This document shows, piece after piece, positions 7,532-17,360 of a stretch of 50,655 bases of DNA. Origin of the DNA: Armatimonadota bacterium (GTDB lineage Bacteria; Armatimonadota; UBA10988); contig JACRKZ010000060.1 of assembly GCA_016235455.1 (NCBI GenBank), positions 1 through 50,655 on the forward strand. The letters are read 5' to 3'. The notes beneath the pieces are model-generated. The model was not told where the DNA came from, did not search any database, and saw nothing but the letters and a program-made list of their open reading frames with translations. Position 1 is the stretch's first letter. Each line of letters opens with the position of its first letter. The translations under genes and the position numbers were made by a program.

Positions 7532-9991
7532 CTAGTCGGACGACTCGCGCCAGCAGCAGAAGCCGCCGCTCGACCCGTCCATGTTGGCGTTGGGTGTCGG
7601 CCGGCTGGCGTCGCGCAGCCTGGCCTCGTCATAGACGCGGATCTGGCTGCTGCGCGTGCTCACCAGCAGCACATCGGTGTCAGCGTAGTAGGCCAGGGCG
7701 TCGGGCAGGCCCCCGATGTCGGGGATGCTGCGCGCCGTGGGCAGCGTGGCCCACGGCGGACCAGGCACGGCACGCACTTGCCGGTTGGCGCCCAGGCTAT
7801 AGCCGTAGTAGACCAGGTCACGCACGGAGTCGTAGGCCAGACCGCGGCCTTCGAGCATGTCGTCGCCCATCAGTGTCGCGTCGGTCAGCTCGGCATCGGG
7901 CAGCACGCTGCCGGTGCGCGTGAGCGGGGTGTTCACCACGGCCAACTGCTCGTGGTTGGCCAGGAACAGCCGGTTGTGGACCGCGTCGTAGACCGGCGTG
8001 CCGACCGAGCCAACGTGCTGCACGCTGAAGGCGACGTCCGGCGCTCGCGCCGCGGTGATCTGCGAGACGTTGCGGTAGATGCACACATTGCCCGTGAACA
8101 GCGTGTCGCTGCCCGGGTGGTACCAGATGCTCTGCACATAGGGCGTGGCTGGCGAGCCGTTGAGCACGAAGTCTGGCGCTCGGTCGCCGCCGGTCAGCGG
8201 GTTGCGGTAGACACGCAGGCTGCCCTGGTGGCAGACCCACAGGATGGTGCGGTCGGCGTTCATGGCCATCGACTGCCCGTAGAACGCGTACAGCGGGTTG
8301 GCGCTGCCACCCAGCCGGATCACTGTCTGTCGCGCCATGGAGATCGACTGCTGCCAGATGGTCGGGAAGCGCACGTAGTTGTAGCCGCCGATGACCGCCT
8401 TGAAGGTATCGGTGCGGCTGACCTCGCCGCAGGGGCTGCCGGCCGCGCCATCGGTGCCCAGGGTCACCGACGCGGTGGGCGCGGGATCGCCCGGCCAGAG
8501 GCCCGTGCCGGCGGTCGCCTGGCTCAGCGTGCCATGCCCCCGGCCGACACCCACCGGCGAACCGCTGCCGCCGTTGCCGCCATTGCCCGCCACGACGACG
8601 ATCGAGCCGCCCGTGCCCTGGCGCCCCATGCCGCCTTCCCAGATGACCGCGCCGCCGAACCCGCCGGCGGCGCCGGCGTCACCGCCCAGACCGCCCGCGC
8701 CACCGGCGATGCGCGGCACCGTGCAGCCGCTGCCACCCGTGCCGCCGTCACCGCCGTGAGCCGTGGCATCACCACCGTCGCCCGGCCGCAGCAGCGCTTC
8801 GTCCGTGCTTGTGGCGGCGAAGCGCAGCAGAATCGAGCCGCCGCCGCCGCCCTGGGCGCTGGCTTCGCCACCGTCGCCGCCGGTGGCTCCTGGGCCGCCC
8901 AGGCCGCCAGTCTGCGCCCACGACACCGAGTCGCCGCCGTTGCCGCCTTCGTAGCGCCGGCCCTGCTCGTAGAACACATACTCGCCCTGGTTGGGATCTT
9001 CGATGCCGGCATAGCCGCCGGCGCCGCCCGAAGTCTCCACCCGGCGACCGGCGTGCGCCTGGTCGGCCGCGTCGAGGTTCATCACCACGCGCGCCGATCC
9101 ACCGTCGCCACCGGTCACCTGACCGCTGCCGCCGCTCCGCCCGTGGACCTCCACACCCTCGGGCACTATCTGCCGACCGGCCGCCGCGCGGCTCGACGCG
9201 GCGCCGACTTCCCACTCAAAGGCGCCGGCATCGCCGCCAGCGCCGCCCAGCAGGTTGCCTGCCGGCAGCCAGACCACCAGGTCGGCCGCCTGCCGCGCCA
9301 CGCCCGCACCGGTCACCGAGCCGGCCGTCACCCGCAAGAGGCCGCTGTTGCCGCCGCCGTTGGCCAGCTCCGCGGGTGGCGTGTAGGTGGTCGCCGCGGT
9401 GCCCGTGATCGACAGCGCGCCGCCGTTGCCACCGTTGCCCAGCCGGAACAGCGCGGTCGACGCGGCCAGGGTCAGCGTCTGCTGCGGACAGTTGAGCACG
9501 ATGTTGCCACCGGCCCCACCGGCCCCACCGGCGCCGCCCGCGCCGCCATTGCCGCTGGTCAGCACAGCTTCGCCGGCCTGCCGCGTCGCCGCGCCGCCCA
9601 GCGTGATACCGCCGCCGGCCTGCAACCGCAACTCGCCACCGGCGCCACCCGCCGCATTGGCCGATCCGCCGGTGCCGGCGCCGGTCTGAATTCGGCCCGT
9701 CACGATGATGGCTTCCGTCGCTTCAATGGCGATGCCGCCGCCGGCCTGGCCGTTGCCGCTCGAGGCCAGCGACGCCAGCGTGCCGGCGATGGTCGCGGTG
9801 CGACACTGAACGGTCACGCCGCCCTGGCAGTTCACCCGCTCGCCGGCGGCGACGGTGAACTCATCCGCCGTGACCGTGCCCGAAATGGTCCGCCCGGCCG
9901 GGCCGTCCGAGCCACAGCCGCACAGCCACGCAAAGCACAACACGCTCAACAGACCGCACAACTGACGACACAGCCGACTCTGAGTGCCCAT
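7532..9991 (-). CDS. Glycine-rich repeat lipoprotein (PGRS-like GGxGG repeats) with C-terminal beta-propeller-like domain
   Basis: ATG 9991 with GGGAGGG RBS. Lipobox-like LCGCG. Many GGxGGxGG tracts alternating with short beta-strands. The C-terminal region has propeller-blade-like repeats (YDAVHNRLFLA, LAYDSVRDLVY, LAYYADTDVLLV). Confidence 0.7.
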   Translation of the reverse strand: MGTQSRLCRQLCGLLSVLCFAWLCGCGSDGPAGRTISGTVTADEFTVAAGERVNCQGGVTVQCRTATIAGTLASLASSGNGQAGGGIAIEATEAIIVTGRIQTGAGTGGSANAAGGAGGELRLQAGGGITLGGAATRQAGEAVLTSGNGGAGGAGGAGGAGGNIVLNCPQQTLTLAASTALFRLGNGGNGGALSITGTAATTYTPPAELANGGGNSGLLRVTAGSVTGAGVARQAADLVVWLPAGNLLGGAGGDAGAFEWEVGAASSRAAAGRQIVPEGVEVHGRSGGSGQVTGGDGGSARVVMNLDAADQAHAGRRVETSGGAGGYAGIEDPNQGEYVFYEQGRRYEGGNGGDSVSWAQTGGLGGPGATGGDGGEASAQGGGGGSILLRFAATSTDEALLRPGDGGDATAHGGDGGTGGSGCTVPRIAGGAGGLGGDAGAAGGFGGAVIWEGGMGRQGTGGSIVVVAGNGGNGGSGSPVGVGRGHGTLSQATAGTGLWPGDPAPTASVTLGTDGAAGSPCGEVSRTDTFKAVIGGYNYVRFPTIWQQSISMARQTVIRLGGSANPLYAFYGQSMAMNADRTILWVCHQGSLRVYRNPLTGGDRAPDFVLNGSPATPYVQSIWYHPGSDTLFTGNVCIYRNVSQITAARAPDVAFSVQHVGSVGTPVYDAVHNRLFLANHEQLAVVNTPLTRTGSVLPDAELTDATLMGDDMLEGRGLAYDSVRDLVYYGYSLGANRQVRAVPGPPWATLPTARSIPDIGGLPDALAYYADTDVLLVSTRSSQIRVYDEARLRDASRPTPNANMDGSSGGFCCWRESSD

Positions 9992-10127
9992 GGCGCCCTC
10001 CCTGGCAACACATTGGTGCGGCGGCATCATCCCTCGCGATGTGCCGACGAATCGAGCGTAGCCGGTGCCGACGGCCGTCGCAAGTCATATTGGGCCAGCC
10101 GGCCAAGGACAGGCTGCGCCGTCAGGT

Positions 10128-10159
10128 GGCCAGAGGAGCTTCGGCCCGGGCGCCGAACC
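10128..10159 (+). promoter_or_regulatory. Putative alternative-sigma promoter GGCCAGAGGA-N17-GAACC
   Basis: Recurrent motif; ends 19 nt before ATG 10179. Confidence 0.5.
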
Positions 10160-10178
10160 GTCGCCTCGGGAGGGCGGC

Positions 10179-12422
10179 ATGACGCGCGCGATGGGCTGGC
10201 TGGTCTTGGCAATGGTGGCGCTGCCCGGCTGGGCACAACAGGCACGCATCCCCGCGCTCAACTGGACGCCACGGTCGGATTGGATGAACGTGCGCGAACT
10301 GGGCGCCCGCGGCGATGGCCTCGCCGACGACACCGCGGCGCTCCAGGCGGTGTTCGACCGCACGCCCGAGACCGACACCAACTACGGCGAGACACTGCGC
10401 CACCGCGTCATCTACTTCCCCGCGGGCCGCTACCGGCTGACGAGCACGCTGCAACTGAGCAAGTCGCACGGTCTCTGGCTGGTGGGGCATGGGCGCGACA
10501 CGACGCTGCTTTGGGATGGCCCCGCGGGCGGCATCATGCTGTGGAACAACGGCGCCACCTACGCGCGCTACGAGGGCCTGACCTGGGACGGCCAGGGCCG
10601 CGCGGCGGTCGGCGTCGAACACAAGTCCATGTCCTACTACGAGACCTCGATGCGCTACCAGGACTGTGCCTTCGTCGGCCTGACCGAGCATGGCGTGCTG
10701 GTCGGCCGCGGTGATGAGAAGGTCGCCACCGCCGAGATGTGGTACCTGAACTGTCTCTTCCGGCAGTGCGGCAATGGCGTCACGCTGGGCAACTTCAACG
10801 ACTACGACAACACCTTCGACGGCTGCGCGTTCGAGGACTGTGGGGTCGGCGTCAACAGCCCCAAAGGCAACTTCTACGTGCGCGCCTGCCGGTTCGAGCG
10901 CAGCCGCGAATGCGACGTGCAGCAGCTCAGCCCATCCCACTCGAGCTCGATCCGCTTCTGTGTCTCACAGGGCTCCAAGCGCTTTTACCGCACCATGAGC
11001 TATGGCCACCTGGCCACCAAGATCCAGAACTGCCTGGTCGACGGCTGGACGGCGCCCGACGGCGCCATCCGGCTCGGCCATCGCGGCCCGACCACCATCT
11101 TCGACTGCCGGTTCACCCACCCGCCCAGCGCGGCGGCGCCCATCGCGCTGGCCAATCCTCGCGAGTTGCAGCAGCTGCTCGTGGTCAGTGGCAACACCTC
11201 GCCCGATACGGCCAAGGTGGTCGATGAAGGCCCCAACGCGCGCGTCAGCGTGGTGCCGGCGGGCAAGCGGGGCCCAGCCCTGACCGATGTGGGCCGCCGC
11301 TTCCTGGTCGAGCGGCGCGGCCGCGCCGGCAAGGTGCTCGACGCGATGCGCGACTTCGGCGCCAAGGCCGATGGCCAGACCGACGACTCCGCCGCGCTGC
11401 AGGCCTGCTTCGACGCGGCCGGCGCGCTGGGCAGCGGCGCCGTGGCCTATCTGCCGGGCGGCCAGTACAAGGTCAGCCGCACGCTGCGCCTGACCGGTCG
11501 TGACTGGACCCTCAGCGGCACCGGCTTCCGCACCATGCTCAACTGGAGCGGCGACAAGGCCGGCACGATGCTGCGCATCCACCATCCCCAGGGCCTGCGC
11601 CTGGAGCACTTCGTGCTGCAGGGCCCGCCCGAAACCGTGCGCATCCACCACACGGCCGATCCCGGCCCGTCGCGCATCGCTTACGACGGCGTCTACGTCA
11701 ACGGGCTGGACGCCTGCAACACCGGGCTATGGTGCGAGCAACTGCCAGCAGGCACGGTGGTGCTCATGGGCCACTTCATCGGCAATATCCGGCTCACCGA
11801 CTGCGGGCCGGCCACCATCCTCTGCGCCCAGCACTACTACTCGCTCACGCTGGAAGGCGCGACAGCGCCGAAGACCGGGTTGGCCGGGTTCATGTTCCAC
11901 AACGACGCCTGCCACAACTACGCGCTGGACGTGCTGGACAACCAGGATGTGGTGGTGGCCGACTTCTACTCCGAGACCAACCAGCGCTACCTGCTGGCGA
12001 CCGGCCGGCCGGGCCAGCCGTCGGGCCGCGTGACCATCGGCGCCTCGAAGATCAGCACCATCGACCGCGAGGCGATCACGCTGCGCAACTACCAGGGCCG
12101 CGTGTTCGTCGGTGGTGGCGACGGTTGGTGGCAGACCGACACCGGCCAGCCGCTCAACCTGGTCCATGAGGGCGACCGGCCACTGGACTTCATCATCGCC
12201 GGGCAGATGTGGTGGCGCTCGGAGCCCCGGCTGACCGCGGGGCCGGGCCTGCGCTACGGCGGCGTCGAGAACCTGCTCATGGAGAACGACTACCCCGCCT
12301 ACAACGAGAAGTCGTTGCCCAACGTGACCACACCAACCACACAGGCGGCACTGGTCGGCGCGTTCGACGACTTCCGCGAGCTGGGCACGGCCTATCTGCG
12401 CCACTACTTCCCCACGGACTGA
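10179..12422 (+). CDS. Secreted tandem right-handed beta-helix protein (two pectate_lyase_3 N-caps; GH55-like architecture)
   Basis: Signal peptide. NVRELGARGDGLADDTAALQ...IYFPAGRYRLT and DAMRDFGAKADGQTDDSAALQ...AYLPGGQYKVSRTL. Confidence 0.8.
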   Translation: MTRAMGWLVLAMVALPGWAQQARIPALNWTPRSDWMNVRELGARGDGLADDTAALQAVFDRTPETDTNYGETLRHRVIYFPAGRYRLTSTLQLSKSHGLWLVGHGRDTTLLWDGPAGGIMLWNNGATYARYEGLTWDGQGRAAVGVEHKSMSYYETSMRYQDCAFVGLTEHGVLVGRGDEKVATAEMWYLNCLFRQCGNGVTLGNFNDYDNTFDGCAFEDCGVGVNSPKGNFYVRACRFERSRECDVQQLSPSHSSSIRFCVSQGSKRFYRTMSYGHLATKIQNCLVDGWTAPDGAIRLGHRGPTTIFDCRFTHPPSAAAPIALANPRELQQLLVVSGNTSPDTAKVVDEGPNARVSVVPAGKRGPALTDVGRRFLVERRGRAGKVLDAMRDFGAKADGQTDDSAALQACFDAAGALGSGAVAYLPGGQYKVSRTLRLTGRDWTLSGTGFRTMLNWSGDKAGTMLRIHHPQGLRLEHFVLQGPPETVRIHHTADPGPSRIAYDGVYVNGLDACNTGLWCEQLPAGTVVLMGHFIGNIRLTDCGPATILCAQHYYSLTLEGATAPKTGLAGFMFHNDACHNYALDVLDNQDVVVADFYSETNQRYLLATGRPGQPSGRVTIGASKISTIDREAITLRNYQGRVFVGGGDGWWQTDTGQPLNLVHEGDRPLDFIIAGQMWWRSEPRLTAGPGLRYGGVENLLMENDYPAYNEKSLPNVTTPTTQAALVGAFDDFRELGTAYLRHYFPTD

Positions 12423-12494
12423 CGGCGCGGTCGCCGGGCCTGCCCTGTAACGCCGCGGGTGCCATGCTGACACTGGGCCTTGGAGACCCGTTTG

Positions 12495-13121
12495 ATGTTC
12501 CGCCGCCGTCCGTTCGCCGCCGCGCTGGCCCTGTTGGCGCTGGCCGGCTGCCGCCCATCCGCGTCGCCGCCCGTGGTGCCCGCCCCCTCTGCGGCGGTCG
12601 CGCCGCCGCCCCCGGTGGCTGCGCCTGCCGCCGTCACCGCGGCGACGTCCCCCGCGCCGCTGCCTCCGCATGAGGGTCTGCCCAACTTCCATCTGGTCGA
12701 GCCCGGCATCTACCGCGGCGCGGCGCCCACGGCCCAGGGACTGAAGTCGCTGAAGGCCATGGGCGTGAAGACCATCATCGACCTGCGCATCGAGGTCGCC
12801 CGCAAGAAGGAGAAGATCGACGCCGAGGCCCTGGGCTTCCGCTACATCGGCCTGCCCATGGGCAAGGAGGCGCCCACCAAGCAGCAGATCACCACGCTGT
12901 TGGAGACGCTGAAGGACACCAGCCGGCACCCGGTGTACGTCCACTGCCAGCACGGCGCCGACCGTACCGGCTGCATGATCGGCCTGTACCGCGAGACCGT
13001 GCAGGGCTGGTCGTTCGACAAGACCTGGGCCGAGATGCGCCGGTACGGGTTCAACAAGAACCTGAGCGAACTGAAGGGCACCGTGCAGAAGGCCGGTACA
13101 CCCAAGGCCGAGCCCAAGTAG
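12495..13121 (+). CDS. Lipoprotein protein-tyrosine/dual-specificity phosphatase (Siw14/PFA-DSP-like), copy 2
   Basis: Lipobox LAGC, Pro/Ala linker, VHCQHGADRTG. GGAG RBS at 12482. Close paralogue of 6902-7477. Confidence 0.88.
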   Translation: MFRRRPFAAALALLALAGCRPSASPPVVPAPSAAVAPPPPVAAPAAVTAATSPAPLPPHEGLPNFHLVEPGIYRGAAPTAQGLKSLKAMGVKTIIDLRIEVARKKEKIDAEALGFRYIGLPMGKEAPTKQQITTLLETLKDTSRHPVYVHCQHGADRTGCMIGLYRETVQGWSFDKTWAEMRRYGFNKNLSELKGTVQKAGTPKAEPK

Positions 13122-13206
13122 CCGGACAGCCGCCGCGTCGGGCCACAGACTTCTAGTCGAGCACGCTCGGTGCTACGCTAGATGGCGTTGCGCGGAGGTG
13201 ACGGTG

Positions 13207-15210
13207 ATGCGACTGATGATCCTGACAGCCACTGCTCTGCTGGCGGGCGCCGTCCTGGGCCAGGAGGCGTCGGCGCCGCCTGCCGACTACGTGCGCGGCG
13301 ACCTCGTCCAGTTCATCGCAAATGGCGGCTGGTGCTGGTACCAGGATGAGCGCCTGCTGGTCGATCCGGCCGGCGGGCGCCTGCTCATCGGCTCCGTGGC
13401 CAACGCGCTGGGCCTGGGCGGCAAGGCGCGCGACGCCGACATCGACGTCACGGGCTATCACCTGGCCAGCGGCGCACGCACCAACGTCACGCTGCGCAAC
13501 TTGCCCAGCTACGGCGGCGGCGACGACCACAACGCGGCTGCGTTCTGGATCCGGCCGGACGGACGCTACCTGGCCGTCTACACGGGTCACAACGAGGCCA
13601 GCCGCCGGACCTGGTACCGCATCTCCGAGCGACCCCACGACGCAACCGCCTGGGGGCCGGAGCAGTCCTTCGACTGGGGTGCCGCGCAGCCGGGCACCAA
13701 GTCGAACGTCACCTACAGCAACCTGTTCTACCTGTCCGCCGAGAAGCGGCTGTATAACATCGCCCGCGAGGACCAGCGCAGCCCGAACATCGCCGTCAGT
13801 GACGATTTCGGCAGTACCTGGCGCTATCTGGGCAAGCTGACCGTGCCGCGCACCCACGTGGCCTACTCCGACGGCTACTTCCGCTTCGCCGACAACGGGG
13901 TCGACCGCATCGACTTCATCGCCACCGAGCACCACCCGCGCGACTTCAACAACGGCATCTTCCACGGCTACATCCAGGGCGGCCGGACCTATAACTCGAC
14001 CGGCAAGCTGCTCGACGACCGCCTGGACGACGAGAAGGCGCCCGCGCCCGAGGACTTCACCCGCGTCTTCCAGCCATCAGCCGAGGACGGTGTCGACGAC
14101 GCCACCGACTACCACCGCGGCTGGACCATCGACCTGGGTTACTGGGCGCCCGGCCAGCCGCACGCGCTGTTCCTCACGCGCTACGGCACCCAGACCTGGC
14201 CGCTGGGCGCCAAGCGCACGCCCCAGAACTCCGGCGCCGCGGACCACCGGCTGTTCTACGCGCGCTGCGAGAACGGCGTCTGGCGTAGCACCGAACTGTG
14301 CCACATGGGGCACCCGCTGTACCCCGCCGAGCAGGACTACACCGGCCTCGGCGCACTCCACCGCGACCATCCTAACGTGCTTTATGTTTCGACTCCTGTC
14401 GATCCGCGCGACAACCGTCCGCTGGCGCATCGCGAGCTCTTCCGGGGCGAGACCGACGACGCCGGCCACACCTGGGCCTGGACGCCGATCACCTGGGATT
14501 CCAGCGCCGACAACTGCCGGCCAATTGTGCCCGCCTGGGACTCGTCGCACACGGCGCTGCTCTGGTGGCGCGGGCGCTACGACAGCCAGCGCTCCTATGA
14601 CACCGCCGTGGTCGGCCTGATCGACCGCGACGACGCGCCGGGCCCCGTGTCGTTCACGCCGGCCACGCCGGCCAACACGACCTTGCCCAGCGGTGGACCT
14701 GTGCCGACCACCGGCCCCTCGGCCGCTCGTGGCGCGGCCGATGGCACCTGGCATCGGCGCCTGGTGACCGCCGAGGGGCCGACGGTGTTCGCCGCGGGCG
14801 AAGCGGGCGAGGAGAACGTGCCGCCGCTGGCCACCACGGTCGACGCGCCGGCGGACGGGGTGTACGACGTCTACGCCTACTTCTGGTCGAACCCGGCCGA
14901 GGACTGGCGCCTGGCCGCGGGCCTGGCCGACCAGCCGCGGATGGTCTTCCGGCGCCAGGCCTGCCAGCGCGCCCGCGCCGACGAGTTCGACGGCACGGTG
15001 CCGCTCACCGCGCCGACCGTGGCGCTGTACCGGGCTTTCCTGGGCCGCGTGACCGCCAAGGCCGGCCAGGGCGTGGTGGTCCATCTCGACGACACGCCCG
15101 ACCGATCGCCGGACGGCCGGTGTCGCACGTGGTATGCCGGCGTGGGCCTGGCCCGCTCCGACGCGCTGGTGCCGTGGCGCGCGAGGCCCGCCGACAGCAG
15201 CCTGCGTTGA
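13207..15210 (+). CDS. Secreted BNR_4 repeat-family beta-propeller protein (putative polysaccharide lyase/hydrolase) with C-terminal beta-sandwich
   Basis: GGAGG RBS, signal peptide, GGWCWYQDER, DDHN, Asp-boxes SDDFGSTW and TDDAGHTW, HPRDF.N.I.HGY. Confidence 0.72.
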   Translation: MRLMILTATALLAGAVLGQEASAPPADYVRGDLVQFIANGGWCWYQDERLLVDPAGGRLLIGSVANALGLGGKARDADIDVTGYHLASGARTNVTLRNLPSYGGGDDHNAAAFWIRPDGRYLAVYTGHNEASRRTWYRISERPHDATAWGPEQSFDWGAAQPGTKSNVTYSNLFYLSAEKRLYNIAREDQRSPNIAVSDDFGSTWRYLGKLTVPRTHVAYSDGYFRFADNGVDRIDFIATEHHPRDFNNGIFHGYIQGGRTYNSTGKLLDDRLDDEKAPAPEDFTRVFQPSAEDGVDDATDYHRGWTIDLGYWAPGQPHALFLTRYGTQTWPLGAKRTPQNSGAADHRLFYARCENGVWRSTELCHMGHPLYPAEQDYTGLGALHRDHPNVLYVSTPVDPRDNRPLAHRELFRGETDDAGHTWAWTPITWDSSADNCRPIVPAWDSSHTALLWWRGRYDSQRSYDTAVVGLIDRDDAPGPVSFTPATPANTTLPSGGPVPTTGPSAARGAADGTWHRRLVTAEGPTVFAAGEAGEENVPPLATTVDAPADGVYDVYAYFWSNPAEDWRLAAGLADQPRMVFRRQACQRARADEFDGTVPLTAPTVALYRAFLGRVTAKAGQGVVVHLDDTPDRSPDGRCRTWYAGVGLARSDALVPWRARPADSSLR

Positions 15211-15977
15211 GCAGTCTGGCCCTGCCGGCCTCGGCGGCTGTGGGACCGACGGCGTTCGTGCTGTGGGTGGCGCTGATCATGACCACCGCCTGCGGCATCG
15301 CCGCGCTGGCCGGGTTCGGCGGCAATCTGCTGGCGCTGCCGTTCGTGGCCTGGGTCTGTGGCGACCTGTGGCCGGCCGTAGTGTTGGTCCTGCTCATCGG
15401 CACACTGCAGTCGCTGGCCATGGCCGCGGCCAACGTGCGCGCGGTGCGCTGGCGATCGCTCGGCGCCCTGGTGGCGTGGAGCGCCGCGGGTCTGCCCCTG
15501 GGCCTGGCCCTGACCCACTGGCTACCGCAACGGCCGCTGATGTTGCTCATGGGCCTGGTCATTCTGGTCGGCGCCGTGGCGGGCCATCTGCAGGTGGCGC
15601 AGGCCGGCGAGGAGCGCCGCTTCGGGCTCGGCGCGCGGCTGTTGTTGCTGGCCGCGGGCATCATGCACGGCGCGTTCGGCTGCGGCGGACCCACGGTGGT
15701 GCTGGCCGCGCGCGGCACGCTGCGCGAGAAGGACGCCTTCCGCGCCACGATGTTTGCCTTCTGGGTGTTCCTCAACGCCTTCGCCCTGGCCGGCATGTAT
15801 CAGCGACTCACCGTGCCGGGCCTGCCGCTGCTGGTCGCCGTCGGCCTGCCTTGCATGGCGCTGGGCAGTTGGCTCGGCCAGACGATGTCGCGGCGCGTGC
15901 CGCAGAAACGCTTTGGTGAACTCGTGGCGGCGATGCTGGCGGTGACCGGCCTGGTGACCATGGCGCGGGCGTGGTAG
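15207..15977 (+). CDS. Sulfite exporter TauE/SafE family membrane protein
   Basis: Multiple TM helices, GFGG.LL..P and G.FG.GGP motifs, FRAT. TTG start overlaps the upstream stop (TTGA). Confidence 0.85.
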   Translation: MSSLALPASAAVGPTAFVLWVALIMTTACGIAALAGFGGNLLALPFVAWVCGDLWPAVVLVLLIGTLQSLAMAAANVRAVRWRSLGALVAWSAAGLPLGLALTHWLPQRPLMLLMGLVILVGAVAGHLQVAQAGEERRFGLGARLLLLAAGIMHGAFGCGGPTVVLAARGTLREKDAFRATMFAFWVFLNAFALAGMYQRLTVPGLPLLVAVGLPCMALGSWLGQTMSRRVPQKRFGELVAAMLAVTGLVTMARAW

Positions 15978-16042
15978 GCGACGGACGAGTAGGTGGCCAA
16001 GGGCGGCTGGGACCCATACTGATGCTGGGAACGGAGAGACGC

Positions 16043-17281
16043 ATGATGACGAGCAAGCGGGTCGGGCGGAGTCGGTGGCTGGCAGTGCTGCTGGTCGGGT
16101 TGCGCACGCTCTGCGCGGCGCCAGTGCTGACGCCCACGGCCGGGCCAGACCCCAAGGACCTGCCCGCGCCGACCGATACCGGCGAGGTGCTGTGGATCAA
16201 GCCTTACCTGCAGGCCGTCACCGCCGATTCGGCCATCCTGCGCTTCGAGACGCGCGTGGCTCAGGCGGCGCATGTGACCATCGCCTCGGCCAACACCGAC
16301 CGCGCGCCGCAGGTGGCGGTGGACGACCCCGCCGTGCGGTTCCATCGCGTGCTCGCCACGGGCCTGACGCCTGAGACCGACTACCGGCTCAGCGTGTCGG
16401 TCGACGGCAAGGAGGTCGGCGGCGCCAGCCTGACCACCTGGTCCCAAGCGCCCAAGACCTTCAAGTTCTTCGTCTACGGCGACACGCGCACGCGGCCGGC
16501 CGAACACGCGAAGATCTGTGCGGCCATGGCACAGCGCGCCGCGGGCCATCTGTTCGTGTTGCACAGCGGCGATTTGGTGGCCGACGGCAAGCAGTATCCG
16601 CTATGGCGCCGCGAGTTCTTCCAACCTGCTGGCGAACTGATGGCGCGGCTGCCGATGATCACCGTGCCGGGCAACCACGAGCACGAGACGCCGCTCTATC
16701 TGGCCTACCTCGACCTGCCCGAGCCGCGCTGGCACTGGGCCTTCTCGGTCGGGCCGGTGCATGTGCTGGGCCTCGACAGCTATCACGAGCTGGTCGGCTC
16801 CGGCTGGCGCCGGACAGCCTCGGGCAAGTGGCTTTTGGCCGAACTGCCCAAGGCCAAGGAACCGTGGCGACTGGCCGTGTTCCATACCCCGCTCTATTCG
16901 CTCGGCCCCCACGGCGTCCAGGATGACGACGACGAGCCCAAGGAACCCGAGATGCGCTGGAGCCGCGAGCAGCTTGAGCCACTGCTGCGCCAGGCTGGCT
17001 ACACGGTCACCTTCAACGGCCACGACCATGTCTATGAGCGGAGCTTCAAGGACGGACTGTTGATGCTCACCTCAGGCGGCGGCGGCGCGCCCCTGTACAA
17101 GCCGGCCAAGTCCGACCAGAACCCTTGGAGTCAGAAGCTGATGTCCACCACGCACTTCCTGGACATCACGGCCAGCGAGTCCACGCTGGACGTGGTCGTG
17201 CTCGATGCCGACGGCAGAACGGTGGACTCCTTTGTGGTCACGCGCGGCGCGGACGGCAAAGCGCAGGTAACGCAGCGCTAA
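16043..17281 (+). CDS. Secreted metallophosphoesterase (purple acid phosphatase-like, N-terminal FN3-type domain)
   Basis: KPYLQ, YGDT, SGDLV, GNHE, FHTP and GHDHVYER metal-binding motifs; signal peptide. Confidence 0.88.
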   Translation: MMTSKRVGRSRWLAVLLVGLRTLCAAPVLTPTAGPDPKDLPAPTDTGEVLWIKPYLQAVTADSAILRFETRVAQAAHVTIASANTDRAPQVAVDDPAVRFHRVLATGLTPETDYRLSVSVDGKEVGGASLTTWSQAPKTFKFFVYGDTRTRPAEHAKICAAMAQRAAGHLFVLHSGDLVADGKQYPLWRREFFQPAGELMARLPMITVPGNHEHETPLYLAYLDLPEPRWHWAFSVGPVHVLGLDSYHELVGSGWRRTASGKWLLAELPKAKEPWRLAVFHTPLYSLGPHGVQDDDDEPKEPEMRWSREQLEPLLRQAGYTVTFNGHDHVYERSFKDGLLMLTSGGGGAPLYKPAKSDQNPWSQKLMSTTHFLDITASESTLDVVVLDADGRTVDSFVVTRGADGKAQVTQR

Positions 17282-17360
17282 GCCGGGCTCGGATGTGGTA
17301 CAACGGCGTCCTGGGCCCGAGCGGCCCAGAACCCACTCTACCAGCAGAACCGAGACCAGC

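Noticed and set aside
8500-9760. GCC/CCG-rich tracts as DNA-level tandem repeats
   Set aside because: Explained by glycine codons of the minus-strand Gly-rich protein; no exact long repeat unit.
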